Part shown: positions 1 through 14,420 of the stretch, piece after piece
Layout of the letters: each line of letters starts with the position of its first letter
How positions within the stretch are numbered: the first letter of the stretch is position 1
Origin: Mobula hypostoma
Taxonomy: Eukaryota
Assembly: GCF_963921235.1 (NCBI RefSeq)
Contig: NC_086109.1
Span: 20,834,001 to 20,898,000, forward strand
Direction: 5' to 3'
DNA length: 64,000 bases
Notes under the pieces: model-generated
Databases searched by the model: none
What the model was told of the DNA's origin: nothing
Seen by the model: the letters and a program-made list of their open reading frames with translations, nothing else
Program-made: the position numbers and the translations under genes

Positions 1-504
1 GGAGCAGACTTGATGAGCCAAATGGTTCTAATTCTGCTCCTATATCGTATAGTCTTACATAAAATGAATAAGAATATGCAATAATATGCTCTCTTAACAT
101 AAAATGCCCCCTAAGGCTTGTAATGAGAACATTCAGTTTGATACTAAGCAACATTATGGATACAAAAGAACTAACTTGGTCAATTATACTTTAAACTGTT
201 ACGTAATGCGATGAAAGGGGAAAGAAATCCAGTGCTTTACACATGATTGACTGAGTGGGATGTGACCTATTGTGGAACAATGCACAAATGGAGATGCGCA
301 TAAGGCCATAATTGAAGGAATACAGGGAACTTGAAAGAGTTGCAGACCATGGAAATTGTTAAAGATAAGGCCTTTGGCAAATGAACTGATTGCTAATTTT
401 TTCTCTCTCCCTGAAAGCATACGGAAGAAAACCAGCCTGTGATCTTATTGAGTTATATGGAGTACAGTTTAAAAAATAGTTTATCAGCAGAGCTCAGCTA
501 CTAA

Positions 505-2625
505 AACAGTGGTCTGGTGGATCGACCTCCACTTTGCGGAGGCTCAACAACTGTCAGACACCTTTTTCTTACCCCTCAGACAGGATCCCACTAAGGTGCA
601 CTGGGCCATTGTCTCCCACACCATCACCAATCTTATTAACTCTGGAGATCTCCCATCCACTGCCATCAACCTCATAGTTCCCCCACCCCGCACCTCCCGT
701 TTCTACCTCCTCCCCAAGATCCATAAACCTGCCTGGCCAGGTAGACCCATTGTCTCAGCTTGTTCCTGCCCCACTGAGCTCATATCTGCATACCTTGACT
801 CAGTTTTATTCCGCCCAGTTCAGTCCCTTCCTGCCTACATCCGTGACACTCCACATGCTCTCAATTATTTTTTTCAATGTTTCAAGTTCTCTAGCCCCGA
901 GCATCTTGTTTTTACTATGGATGCCCAGTCCCTATACACCTCCATGCCCCACCAGGAAGGCCTCAGAGCTCTCCGGTTCTTTCTGGACAACAGACCCAAC
1001 CAGTTCCCCTCCACCACTGCTCTCCTCGGTCTGGTGGAACATCCTCATTCTCAATCATTTCTCCTTTGGCTCCTTCCACTTCCCTCAAACAAAAGGTGTA
1101 GCTGTGGGCACTCACATGGGTGCCAGCTATGCCTGCCTTTTTGTCGGCTAAGTGGAAAGGTCTACGCTCCAAGCCTACACCGGTATCACTCCCCAATTTT
1201 TCCTACACTACATCGACGATTGCATTGGTGCTGCTTCCTGCACCCATGCAGAGCTCATCAACTTCATATATTTTGCCTCGAACTTCCACCCTGCCCTCAA
1301 ATTTACCTGGTCCATTTCCAACACCTCCCGCCCCCTTCTCGACTTCTCTGTCTCTGGAGACAGACATCAGTAGATGAGCTACTATAAACCTACTGACTCT
1401 TACAGCTACCTGGACTATGCCTCTTCCCTCACTGTAAAAATGCCATTCCCTTCTCACAATTCCTCCGTCTCTGCCACATCTGCTCTCAGGATGAGGCTTT
1501 TCATTCCAAAATGAAGGAGATGTCCTTCTTCAAAGAAAAGGGCTTCCCTTCCTCCACTATCAACACTGCCATCAACTGCATCTCTTCCATTTCATGCACA
1601 TCTGTCCTCACCCCATCCTCCCGCCATCCCATTAAGGAGAAAGTTCTTCTTGTCTTCACCTACCGCCCCACCAGCCTCTGCGTCCAGCACATAATTCTCC
1701 ACAACTTCAGCTATCTCCAACGGGATCCCACCACCAAGCATATCTTTTCTTCCCCTCTCCTCCTTACTTTCTGCTTTCTGCAGGGATCGCTCCCTACGTG
1801 ACTCCCTTGTCCAATCGTCCCTCCACGCTGATCTCCCTCCTGGCACTTATCCTTGCAAGCGGAACAAGTGCTACACCTGCCCCCTACACCACCTTCCTCA
1901 CCGCCAATCCTTCCAGGTGAGCTGACACTTCACCGTGAGTCTATTGAGGTCATCTACTGTATCCAGTGCTCCTGATGTGGCCTCCTGTATATCGATGAGA
2001 TCCGACGTAGAATGGGAAACCACTTCGCCAAGCACCTACGCTCCGTCCGCCAGAACAAGCGGGATCTCCCAGTGGCCACCGACTTTACTTCTATTTCCCA
2101 TTTCCCATTCTGACGTGTCAGTCCATGGCCACCTCTATTGTCACGATGAAGTCACACTCAGGTTGGAGGAGCAACACCTTATATTCCGTCTGAGTAGCCT
2201 CCAACCTGATGGCACGAATATCAATTTCCGCGAACTTCCGATAATGCCCCCCTTCACTTCACCAATACCCCTTCTCATTTCCCTCTCTCACCTTGTGTCC
2301 TTACCTGCTCAACAGCTCTCTCTGGCGTTCCTTCTGCTTTTCTTACTTCCATGACTTTCTGAAATCTCGTATCAGATTCCCCCTTCTCCAGCCCTCGATC
2401 TTTCATCAATCAACTTTCGAGCTCTTTACTTCACCCCTTCCCCCCTCCAGTTTCGCCTATCACCTTGTGCTTCTTCCTCTCCTCTCCCCACCTTCTAGAT
2501 CTGACTCTTCAACTTCTTTTTCTCCAGTCCTGATGAAGGATCTCAGCCCAAAACATCAACTGTTTACTGTTTTTCCTTTGATGCTGCCTGGCTTACTGAG
2601 TTCCTCCAGCAGTTTGTGTGCTTTG
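505..2625 (+). mobile_element. Penelope-like retroelement, 5'-truncated and frameshifted (RT + GIY-YIG + terminal repeat)
   Basis: FYLLPKIHKP..PGRPIVS, SLYTS, GVAVGT..G.SYA, YIDD, and GIY-YIG-like VIYCIQC...LYI near 1950. Terminal repeat with decayed hammerhead at about 2526-2561. Confidence 0.9.
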
Positions 2626-3179
2626 CATTGTAAAACATTCCGATGTAAACATTTACCATCCAGACTGCACATTGATGGATAGAACCATTTGGAGGTCAAA
2701 TCAGCAGCCACATGGGGAAAGTATAAGCTTTACGAGAGCAAGATTTTCTCTAGTGATATGAAATCAAGTATCAACTTTATTTGTCGTATATTTTTATATG
2801 CATTAGGAATTTGTTGTGGTGTGTTGGTTGGGGTGTGGTATGCAGCAAAAAGCAATATATTCAACAATTACTAAGAATTATTAAAAAAGTTAGAGGTTAA
2901 AGTATGGATATGGAATAAACTGTGTATAAATACATAAATACCAGTATGTATCAGAATGTATTTATTTATAAAAACGTGATTTAAAATATTTACAGTGCAG
3001 TGACAGGGTTAATAGATGGGGGATGTGGGGTTTGGTTAAAATGGTTGATCAGATTAACTGCCTGGGGGAAGAAACTTTTTAAGAATGCGTGGTTTTTGTT
3101 TTAATAGTCCTTTAGCACTTTGCAGAAGGGAGTTTTCGGAAAAGGCAGTTTGTAGGGTGGGGAGTGTCTGCAATGTTAG

Positions 3180-4160
3180 CCTTATGTAGTCCGACAGAGT
3201 GATCAGCAGCACCGGGGCTCCACAGGGGACTGTCTTGTCTCTCTTTCTCTTCACCATTTACACCTCAGACTTCAACTACTGCACAGAGCCTTGTCATCTT
3301 CAGAAGTTCTCTGATGACTCTGCCATAGTTGGATGCATCAGCAAGGGAGATGAGGCTGAGTACAGGGCTACAGTAGGAAACTTTGTCACATGGTGTGAGC
3401 AGAATTATCTGCAGCTTAATGTGAAAAAGACTAAGGAGCTGGTGGTAGACCTGAAGAGAGCTAAGGTACCGGTGATGCCTGTTTCCATCCAGGGAGTCAG
3501 TGTGGACATGGTAGAGGATTACAAATACCTGGGGATACGAATTGACAATAAACTGGACCGGTCAAAGAACACTGAGGCTGTCTACAAGAAGGGCCAGAGC
3601 CGTCTCTATTTCCTGAGGAGACTGAGGTCCTTTAACATCTGCCGGATGATGCTGAGGATGTTCTACGGGTCTGTGGTGGCCAGTGTGATCATGTTTGCTG
3701 TTGTGTGCTGGGACAGCAGGCTGAGGGTAGCAGACACCAACAGAATCAACAAACTCATTCGTAAGGCCAGTGATGTTGTGGGGATGGAACTGGACTCTCT
3801 GACGGTGGTGTCTGAAAAGAGGATGCTGTCCAAGTTGCATGCCATCTTGGACAATGTCTCCCATCCACTACATAATGTACTGGGTGGGCACAGGAGTACA
3901 TTCAGCCAGAGACTCATTCCACCGAGATGCAGCACAGAGCGTCATAGGAAGTCATTCCTGCCTGTGGCCATCAAACTTTACAACTCCTCCCTTGGAGGGT
4001 CAAACACCCTGAGCCGATAGGCTGGTCCTGGACTTATTTCCTGGCACAATTTACATATTACTATTTACTTATTTATTGTTTTATTACTATTTAATTATTT
4101 ATGGTGCAAGTGTAATGAAAACGAATTTCCCCCAGGATCAATAAAGTATGACTATGACTA
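3180..4160 (+). mobile_element. Rex1/Babar-type LINE, 3' part with an open 273-aa RT C-terminus
   Basis: TGAPQGTVLS, KFSDD, LNVKKTKE, YKYLG. AATAAA followed by (TATGAC)n tail. Confidence 0.85.
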
Positions 4161-5492
4161 TTCCTCGTTGCACAGGTACTGCTTCAGCTTCCGAGAATTT
4201 ACCAGCATTTTCTGTTCTTATCAGTTTAGTTTGCCTGTCAGGTAAATGTTCATTCAAAGAAAGTCCCATTGACCTGCATCTCTCCCAAAATTTAGAGCCA
4301 TATTTCTTGATAATTGTGGAACGTTGCAAGGTTCAAACTAACTGTTAACATTTTAGAGCAGTGAAAGCTACTTTATAACACTACTTTTTCATTCAAGGGA
4401 TTGTCATTTGAGATAATTTCAGCACTTGATTCTTAAATTCAGCTTCAGTGGAATAAAATGACTATACAAAATGACTGCCTGCATAGTACAAGGACAATTG
4501 GTGGTGAATATTGCCAGTGATATCCACACCCCATGGACTTGTGAGTTGAAAGAAGTTCTTGTGCATGTGATCTAGGTATTCATTTGCATGTGAACTTTGG
4601 TAAAATGCTAAGTCAGAAAGGAGTGTTTTATGTTTGTTGAATGCTTTACAATTATTAAGTGATGTCCATTGTTAAGTAAGTATATATGGCAATGTTTGTA
4701 ACCAAATAGCATTTTCTCATTGACAACTGGTCAAGGAGAATATAATTAAATATTTTCTTCGGTCAGGTTGATTATACCGGTTGGCTGATGGGTGACTAAA
4801 ATAGCTTACCACTATCTTCTCAGGCAGCTAGGAATGGACAACTTATATTTATGAAGGAAATACTGGAAATAGTCGACATAGGCATCTTTTGTTGGGAGAG
4901 ATATTACCCGACTTGCTAGTTTCCAACTTCTGTGCTTGTATTTCAAACTCCCAGCATTTGCAGGTTTTTTGTTATTCAGGTTTTTTGTTATTTAGCTTTT
5001 CTGTGGACAGCTATCCACAATCACGACAATAATCTAATTTGAATTATAATGATGCATTGTTGTATTGGTTCACTCTTCATTGGGATTAGAATTTAAATCC
5101 TGATCTTTCCGAGTATCATTTATAAAAACATTCTTGTTTTTCTGGTTTAGTTAGGTTTACTAAGCATGCTATACACAATCTATACTTACTGCAAATGCTT
5201 CAAACTTATCTAAACTGAATCTACTTCTTTATTTGCCTGGTATTTTCAATTACTCCTGCTTTAACATCTTTCTGAACTGACTGGTTGCACAGTAACATCC
5301 TTATCATCTAATGATTTTATTTTTTGTCAACAGAAGTATATTGCACCATGTGAATCTATATGTACACTGCATTGAATTTAATTTGCCATGTGATGTTTCT
5401 ATTGATCATATTGTTGGTCATTAATGCTAAAGCCACGTAGAAGCAGACATATTTTGGATCCCTCACTAATGTCCTAGGACAAGTTCCTTGGG

Positions 5493-5622
5493 CAAACAAC
5501 AGGAATTCTGCAGATGCTGGAAATTCAAGCAACACACATCAAAGTTGCTGATGAACGCAGCAGGCCAGGCAGCATCTCTAGGAAGAGGTACAGTCGACGT
5601 TTCAGGCCGAGACCTTTCGTCA
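5493..5622 (-). mobile_element. Short PLE terminal-repeat insertion
   Basis: Near-identical to the PLE end at 15015-15110. Flanked by CAAGTTYCTTGGG direct repeats (5480-5492, 5621-5633). Confidence 0.75.
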
Positions 5623-6887
5623 AGTTTCTTGGGTTTGCCTTTAGCTCAAGTTCCTCCTATTTAGCTGCATAGTTTTGATATTACCCACAGTCCACCTCTG
5701 ATTGTTCCATCATGATGGATTATTTTATCATGATTTCTGTTCATGGTTGTTAACCCTTCAGGACTGTTCTGCATTCAGTAGGAAATAGAGTTTTCCACCA
5801 AGCAAGTACACCATCAAGCCAATTGTCATTTAACTATATACATGTATACCATCAAATGAGATGACGTTTCTCTGGTCCAGGGTGTAATGCACAGCAGTAC
5901 ACATAACACACAATAACTTGGGTAAGTTAGTATTAAATCTATAAATTACACACAAAGTAAAATGCATAAAATAGATATTGTAGGGCACAGTACAAATTAT
6001 CTGGTGACACTTCAAATGCAGTGCAGCAGGGAGTTTAGAAGCATAACGGTCTGAGCGATAAAGCTGTTTCACATCTTGACCATTCTTGTCTTTATGCATC
6101 GGAGTCTCCTGCCTGATGGTAGAAAGTCAAGTGCGATTTGTAACATGGCAAGCATATCCTTCACTCTAGCATTACAATCAAACCGGGGATCAACCATGGT
6201 TTAAAGAGTGTAGGAGGACTTGGACCTCGTGCCTGGTGCTACTCTTGGAGCAGTACCAGGCGTTGCACCAGACGGGTCCAACTCTAGTAAACTGCAGGAC
6301 AGGTGACAAACACCAAGCAATAGACAGAGCTAGGCCATCTTACAACCTAAAGCTCTGAACAAAGACTGCCAGTCCTGCCGTATCTGGTAGCTAACGCTGA
6401 CATAAAATTAACTGACAGGAGAGAGGCTGCAAAAATCACTGCCAGCCTCAACTGTGATGAAGACCATCATTAGAATGCTAGAAACAAGGTAGATTCATTG
6501 GCAAGCATCCTCAGCCAGAAGAATCAAATCCATCATCTACCTTGACATGCTTTCAGATTAACATTATACAGAAACCGATCTTCAGCCAATCATTTCTAAG
6601 GGTTTGTAGGAATGATTTTGGAACCCAACAATATTACAGCAGTAGTAGGGTTAAACACCAGAACTAGCCCTGCTCCTATCCAAGCTGTTCTAGTTTAGTA
6701 GCACCATTGGTGTCCACATAATAAATGTGGAAAATTGGCTAGGTATCTTCTGGTCAGGGCAAATCTGATTTAGCTAATCATTATTAAATGAATAGTTCTC
6801 AATTGTTACCCAGGAAAGAAAAGAGTCATCAATAGTAACACACAAAATTCTGGAGGAACACAGCAAATCAGGCGGTATCTGTGGAGG

Positions 6888-8146
6888 TGTTGTAAGATTT
6901 ACCTTCTATAATAATGCCCAGTGAGGCACAGAGGGATCTGTATTTACTGACAAGTACCTTTATTGTTTAAACTAACAAGTACATGAATTCATCCACTAAA
7001 AAGCTGCCCAGAATGGCTAGAACACCAAGATTTTCCCTGTAGAAGTGGGATGCAGGGGATTTGTTGCTACATCTATGACCAGTCTATTGAAGAAGATGGG
7101 GGTGAGGGGTCACTCCCTCCAACAAGCAATCAAGTCCTTGTCAAACACAGCAGAAGAAAACAGCAATTGGATTTGGATTAAAAGGAAAGACAACAACTGG
7201 GCTGCAAGATGAAGACAGGAAGGTATGGAACTGAGGGGGGTGTATCTGGGACACCAGGTAGCACCGTTGAGCCCTCTGGAGACGGCGTGGGCTTATCAAC
7301 GAAATGTCAAAGAAGGAGGGTGCCCACCTGGCGACCCCAATGACATACCTACCCTCCCTCCTCGTCACCTCTCCAAGCCCACTGCCAACATTGGGAGTGG
7401 TGACTTACCATAGGGATTGAAACATCAAGTCCTAGTAGCTCTACTACTGTGTTTACATCTGCTAAGTATCCCTGACTCTCCTGAATAGTCAAAGAATAGC
7501 AAAGGAATTAGCCAGGCAAAGAAGTCTACACTGGCCAGGCGTTCCTCGTGGTCCCCGTTCAATCGCCACATGTTTCACGCAGGGTCGCTCACGCATGATG
7601 GTTATTCTTCAAAGTTACTGCTGCCAGCACACGAAGCATCCCATTTTATATCCATTCCTTATCAATTCAAATATTGCATTCCAGAGTCATTGACCACAGG
7701 TCATGTGTCTGACCTTTAACACCTTGTTATTGGCTCTGCTTCAAGCCAGCATCCATTTATTGCTCTCCTCCCATCAAGTGACAGTCAATAATTCATGGTT
7801 CTTTGTTCACAATCAGCAACGAGCTTGAACCATTCCAGGCAGGCACTAACCCCAACGTTCACAAACCTGCATGTTATATCCAACCAAAGAACATCTCACA
7901 AATAACTTCTTATTTGAAAATGATCTCTAGTCCAGCAGATTACCTGAAGTATCATTGTGACTTTTAAAACCTTGATCAAGCCAAGCATGTCAAGCTCACA
8001 AAATGGAGAACAAAGTGTCCCCACAAAATGGCAGTCTCCATCTCCAAGCACGCGGCAAGAATGAAGACAATTAGTCTGCCTGCTTCCACTGTCCCTGATT
8101 CATTCAAATTCACTGATCTGTAGACTGCCATTCTTTTTGGCCAACA
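6888..8146 (-). mobile_element. Solo LTR (TGTTG...CAACA) inserted in a PLE end and containing a Hero-like fragment
   Basis: Inverted termini, 4-bp TSD GAGG (6884-6887, 8147-8150), minus-strand AATAAA near 6960. The PLE repeat rejoins across it. Confidence 0.65.
7000..7460 (+). mobile_element. 3' end of an R2-group (Hero-like) non-LTR element with a restriction-like endonuclease C-terminus
   Basis: Frame 7021-7212 reads NTKIFPVEVGCRGFVATS...AIKSLSNTAEENSNWIWIKRKDNNWAAR*. The 3' boundary is uncertain. Confidence 0.7.
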
Positions 8147-8630
8147 GAGGGGAATAAATAGTCGATGTTTTGGGATGAGATCCATCACCAAGACTGGAAA
8201 GGAAGAGAACAGAAACCAGAGTGAGAAGGTGGAGGAGGGGAAGGAGCACAATCTGGCTGCTAACAGGTGAAATCAGATGATGGGGAAGGTGGGTTGGTGG
8301 GTGGGGGAGTGGGATGGAGTAAGAATCTGGTTTGTAGTAGGTGGAAGAGATAACGGGCTGAGAAGTCAGGGGACCATGGGAGAATGGAAGGAGAACCAGA
8401 GGTGAGGAGAAGGATGAGGGTGTAACCAGAATGGGGAACAGAAAACAACAGGAGAGAGAAAGGGAAAATTACCAGAAGTAAGAGAAATCAATGTTCTTAC
8501 CTTCAGGATGGAGGTTACCCAGATGGAATATGAGGTGTTGTGCCTCCAGCCTGAGTTTAACCTCATCATGGCAGTAGAGGAGGCAATGGACTGACACATC
8601 GGAATGCGAAATTGAATTGGGTGAGCATGA
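8147..8630 (-). mobile_element. PLE 3' fragment (with 6835-6887 on the other side of the solo LTR)
   Basis: Reverse-complement similarity to 2110-2620. Confidence 0.75.
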
Positions 8631-10334
8631 GGAAATGTCCTCAGGAAAGCAAGTTAAGTTTCACTAAGGCAAAATAGACCAAACAGTTCTAATCCGGTGA
8701 GAAGGTGAGGGTGGCTTGATAACACGGAAGGAAGCATTTGATGCACATGGCATCATGGAGTCCTAGTTAATGTACATCAGTGGGAAAAGCTCCAATGACT
8801 GGAGTTTTGCCTTACAAAAATGACTGGTTGTGGAGTCCAGTCATCCCGGCACCAGGACATTACTGCAAGAGTTCCTCAGGGTAGTGTCTGAGGCTCAACA
8901 TCTTGATTGCTTTGTCAATGATCTTTCTTTCACCATAAGATGGGAAGTGGAGATGTTTACTGAGAGTTTCATGTTCAATTCTATTTGCAACTCCAACAAA
9001 CGTTAATAATAATGCCACCTTGTATTAGCCATCTCCACCCTAGGAAAAAGTCTCCAACAAAAAAAGCAACTACCTTGACAAGTTCTGGGTATTGTCTATT
9101 AAGTGACAACTGTAGTTATTTGCATTGGCTACTCCAAAGCACCTCCCAACTCCTTGTCCTAAACTAACAAGAGGAGGTAGCAGGTACATGGAAACACCAT
9201 GTTCCAGACTCTCCTACAAATCATATACCATCCTGACTTGGAAATATATCACATTGTTGCAGTGTCTATTTCCTGGCACTCTCTCTTCAATGCCACTGGT
9301 CAAGTAGCTCCCCCAAAAGGATAACAGTGAACAAAAAGTTAACTCAATTATATTTTATGAGGTGCACTTAGGGAAGGGAAATAAATGCTTACCCTGTCAG
9401 TGACACCCAAATCCCCCCAAAAATGAGCAAGTTTAAAAAAATTCCATCCACAGAAGTGTGGGGCAATGCCTATATCTAACAAGAGAGCTTCTAACCACTT
9501 AACCTTGGTGTTCAAAGGCATTACCATCCCTATATTTCCCACTACAGCATCCAGGATCACCACTGACCAGAAACTGAAGTGGAGTGAATAACAGAGTTGG
9601 ATCTCTCGCAGAAAGTGACTCGTCACTTGTCACCTTAAAGCCTTTCCATCGTCTATAAGACACAAGTCATAGTGTGATGAAATACTCTCACAATGCCCAG
9701 GTATATGCTGCCCTACCACACTCAAGAGAAAAATATTAGGAGGAAACATCATGCTTAATTGGCATGTATTCACCAGTCTGAAAAGTCATTCCTTCTACTT
9801 CCAGCACGATATGGTTGCAGTATGTACCATTCTTGAAAAACAGCGCAAGTTCTTAGTTAGGTAACTCTAACAGCATGTCACAAACTCAAATTCTATCACC
9901 AAGCAGAACAAGTGCACCAGCATTTGCAAGTTTCCTTACAAGACACCGACCATCGTGACTTTGAACTATATCACAAGTTTTTCATCATCACTGGAGGCGA
10001 TACTAGAAATCCTGAAAGGCCTATTTGTTCCATTCTTAAGGCTGATCAGTTAACGTTGACATAGTTTTGAATGACATGTTTGATTCTGTTATTGTTTTTA
10101 ACCGAACATTACAATACAATAATCACCAAAAGTGTTGGAGTAGGGAACAAGCCTGAACAAGTGACTTCAAAATCCCGAAGAGGAAAGGCCCTCAACTTTG
10201 TCGCTTTCCTCCCCCCCCCCCCACCCCTCCTCAGTAAGTACTGGCAAAGATAGACTCCACATATTGCCAGGTTTTGTGGAGGATGCAGCCATTAACTGTG
10301 AACTTGGATCCTGTTGTATACAAGTCATACAGCA

Positions 10335-10830
10335 GGACATAGAAAAAGAGCATTACAGCACAGTACAGGTCCTTTGACCCACAATATTGTGTCAACCTTG
10401 TAACCTCAGGTAGATAACTAACAGCATCCAACCCTTCCACATTGCCTTCCACTTTTCAATTATCCATGTGTCTAAGAGTCTCTTAAATGTCTGTAATGTA
10501 CCTGCCTTGACCACTACCTCTGGCAGTGCATTCTACCTCTTTGTTCATATAAAAAAAACTTTCTTCTGATATCCCCCCCTATATTTTCCTCCAATCACCT
10601 TAAAAATAATGCCCCCTTGTATTAGCCATTTCCAGCCCAGGAAAAAGTCTCTGGCTGACCACTCAATCTATACATCTTATCACCTTGTACACTTCTATCA
10701 AGTCGCCCTCATCCAACTTCACTCCAAAGAGAAAAGCTCGAGCTGGCTCAACCCATTGTCATAAAAGATGCCCTCCAATTCAGATAGTATTCTGGTAAGT
10801 GTCCTTCCTATTGTGAGGCAAACCAGAGCT
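10335..10830 (-). mobile_element. CR1 LINE 3' fragment
   Basis: Similar to the CR1 end at 59810-60350. Confidence 0.65.
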
Positions 10831-11309
10831 GAAGTCACTAACAGAATGGTTCGGGCAGCAGATGCTCATTTCTAGAGGAAGCTAACAGTCTGCTTAGTAA
10901 GGTTGTGGGCAGCGCATGGCTCTTTCTGAAGGCACATCCTACACTGATGTACAACATCTCACAGTAGGTGCCGTCTAGTCTGTGATGGTGGGCACAACAG
11001 TCTGAAGTCAGTAAATGAAACTAGTGACGTGTAGTTGCCATCATGATGATCAATTGGACCGTCTGCACATTCAGGATATAAAACCTCTTGCAGTTGCCAC
11101 ATATGTCAAGATTTAAATGTGCTGCTCTCAAGATAATACATTCAAAGTAAATACCAACCATCAGAAAAATGCCAAATCCTCAAAAATCAATGTGTTCATC
11201 CTGGCTGGTGTTTCCAGTAAATGGAAGAGATGAATCAAACTCCCCTTTGGTTAATTGGGGCAACCGTTTGATTGGGCCAACGTGTACTGGTCCCAATGAA
11301 CCAGAATCC

Positions 11310-14300
11310 ACTGTACATAATAATTTCAATAAACTATAAATTACAATAAATAAATAAATATAATTTAAATAAGCAGAGCAAAAAAAAAAGCAGAAAAAAT
11401 TGTGAGGTACTGTCCACAGATCCAATGTACATTCAGAAATCTGAATCCAGAGGGGAAGAAGCTGTTTATGAAACATCAAGAGTATTTCTTCAGGTTCGTG
11501 TACCATCTCTTTCAAAGCAGCAATGAGAAGAGGGCATGTCCTGGGTGATGGGGGTCCTTGATGATGGATGCTGCCTTTTTGAGGCATCGCCATTTGAAGG
11601 TGTACTGGTTGCTGGGGAAACTAGTTTCCACGATGGAGCCGGCCGGCTTATTTTGATCCTGTGCGGTAGCCCCACCACACCAGACAGTGATGCAACCAGT
11701 AAGAATCCTCTTCACTATACATCTGTAGAAATTTGTGAGTCTCTTTGGTGACATATCAAGTCTCCTCAAGCTCCTCATGAAACAATAGCCACTGTCGTGC
11801 CTTCTGTGTAATTGTATCAGTATGTTGGGCCCAGGATAGATCTTCAGAAACACTGACACCCAGGAACGTGAAACTGCTCATTCCTCAAAGTGGACCCTTG
11901 ACTTCTACTTCCTGAATCAATTCTTTAGTCTTTGTCACAAAAAACTGTGGGTCAATTGTTCAAGAAAAATAACCAGATGGCTTGAGTCGCAAAAATAGAT
12001 TGAGGTGCTTTTATTTACCTCAAAGCAAGACAAAAACGGGAAAAAAAACAATATATATATAAAACCACCCTCAGACTAAACACAAAAGGAAACTCACCCC
12101 AAAGCCTTGGTAACCTGAGGCTTATAACTGCCAAGCCCCTCCCCCAGACCAACCAAAAGCTAATTAACTCAATTATCCAATTATAGATGGTATCCTCCAC
12201 CATCAGCACACCAGTGCAGGCTGCCCCTTTCTGAGACAGCTCCATGCAGCAGCTCTGGTTCAGACCCGGTCACTATTACTGCTGGGGATGAGTGTTTTAC
12301 CGAGTGCGCCACGTGACAGACCTTCGTCACAGTCTTACTGACATTGAGTACAAAGTTGTTGCGACACCACTCAACCAGCTGATCTACCTTGCTCCTGTAT
12401 GCCCCCTTGTCACCATATGATATTCTATCAACTATAGTTGTGTTGTCAGCAAAGCTATAGGTGGCATTTGAGCTGTGCCTAGCCACACAGTCGTGTGTGT
12501 AGAGAGAGTAGGCTAAGTGAGCTAACCAAGTATCCTTGAGGGGCAACAGTTTTGATTGTCAGTGAGGAGGAAATGTTATTTCTGATCTGCACAGACAGAG
12601 TGGTCTCTCGGGGAGGAAGTCAAGGATCCAATTGCAGAGGGAGGTACAGAGACCCAGGTTTTGAGGCTTGTTGATTAGAACTGGGGGTATGATTGTGTTG
12701 TGTGCTGAGCTGGTCAATCAATAAGTAATAGGTATTACTATTGTCCAGGTGACCCAAAGCTCAATGGAGAGTCAGTGAGATTCCATCCACAGTAGTCCAA
12801 TTGTTGCAATAGGCAAAACGCAGCGGATCCAGGTCCTTGTTTAGGCAAGAGCTGATTCTGGCCATGACCAACTTCTCAAAGCACTTCGTCCCAGTTGACG
12901 TCAGTCCAGGCAACTCACCCTACTGTCTTGGGCACTGGTATGGTTGAATTTGTCGCCCTTTTGAAGCAGGTGGAAACATCCAAAGCAGCTATGTGTGATT
13001 GAAGATGTCCCTGACCACGCCTGCCAGTTGGTTAGCACAGGGTTTCCAAGCCCTATCAGGGACACCATCGGGGCTGGATGCCTAGTGAGAGCTCACCCTC
13101 TCGAAAGATGTCCTGATGTTGCCCTCTGAGACAGAGATCACAGGGTCACCAGATGCTGCAGGCATTCACACAGGTGTCGTTTTATTCTCCCTTTCAAAGC
13201 ATGCATGAAAGGTGTTGAGCTGTTCTGGGAGTGCGGCATCACAGCCATTTGTGACATTAGGTTTTGCTTTGTAGGAAGTAATGGCCTTGAGCACCTGCTG
13301 GACCTGATGTACATCTGATTCCAACTCTAACCACGTTTGGAAATGTTTCTTTCTTTTACTCATAAAATAGCCTTCCTGTAGGTCGTACCTGTACTTCTGG
13401 ATCACCAGTCTTGAACGCCACAGATCTAGACCTCAGCAGACTATGAATCTCCTGGTTCATCCACACCTTTTGGCTTGGGTATGCCTGGTATGTTCTCAAA
13501 AGCACACACTCATCCACACTGGTCTTGATGAAGTCAATGACAACTGTGTTGTATTCATTCAGATTCGAAGATGAATCCCCCTGAATATTGTCCAGTCCAC
13601 CGGTTCAACGCAGTCATATAAGCACTCCTCCACCTCCTTTGACCGTACCTTCTTGGTCCTCACCACTGGTGCTGTGGTCTTTAGTTCCTGTCTATACGCT
13701 GGAAGAAGTACGGCCTCATGATCGGATTTTCCAAAGTGTGGGTGTGGGATGGTACAGTAAGTGTTCCTGATGTTGGTATAACAGTGGTCAAGTGTATTGG
13801 CTCCTCTGGTTCCACAGGTGATATGTTGGTGGTAATTGTTCAGAGATTTCTTCAACCTAGCCTGGTTGAAATTTCACGCAACGATAGGGAGGTCAATGGG
13901 CTGCGCTGTTTCGTGCCTGTTGATTACATTGCTCAGCTTCTCCAGTGCCTAGCTGACGACGGCCTGAGCTGGAATGTACACTGCTACCAGGATGACGGTG
14001 GAAAACTCCCTTGGCAGATAAAAAAGATGATATTTGACCACTAGATGTTCCAAGTCAGGTGAGCAGGACTGAGACAAAACTGCCTCATCTGTGCACCATG
14101 ATGAGTTAATCATAAAGCATACTCCACCTCCTCTCTCTTTAAAGGACTGAGCTATTCTTTGCAGAGAATAGTGAAGCCGTCGGGCTGCAGTATTTTGTCT
14201 GAAATGGCGGGGAGCAGCCATGTTTCTGTGAAGTAAAGTACACAGCAGTCCCTGATGTTCCTTTGGCACAGCAATCCTGCACTGAGGTTTTAAATTTTAT

Positions 14301-14420
14301 TTTTCTGAGACTGTACATTTGCCAGTAGGATAAATAGGAGTGAGGGTCTAAGGCCTCAGCGTTTCAATTGTACCTGTAAACCAGCATGCTGTCCCTGCTT
14401 CCGTTTTCTAAAGGGGAACT
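11310..14420 (-). mobile_element. Near full-length decayed Rex1/Babar-type LINE (APE + RT)
   Basis: ILLANVQS, GGGVCFMIN, FYLPREF, VAVYIP, TLDHCY, FGKSDH, YTHDC, FADN, LTNFYRC spread over several frames. Confidence 0.85.
11933..12331 (-). mobile_element. Solo LTR, 399 bp, inserted in the LINE
   Basis: TGT...ACA termini, 5-bp TSD GTCTT (11928-11932, 12332-12336), minus-strand TATAA near 12124 and AATAAA at 12010-12015. Confidence 0.8.

Noticed and set aside
8760..10000. Ancient L2/CR1-like remnants (VPQGSV near 8870), also 6130-6800
   Set aside because: Probably real but too decayed to assign boundaries or family.
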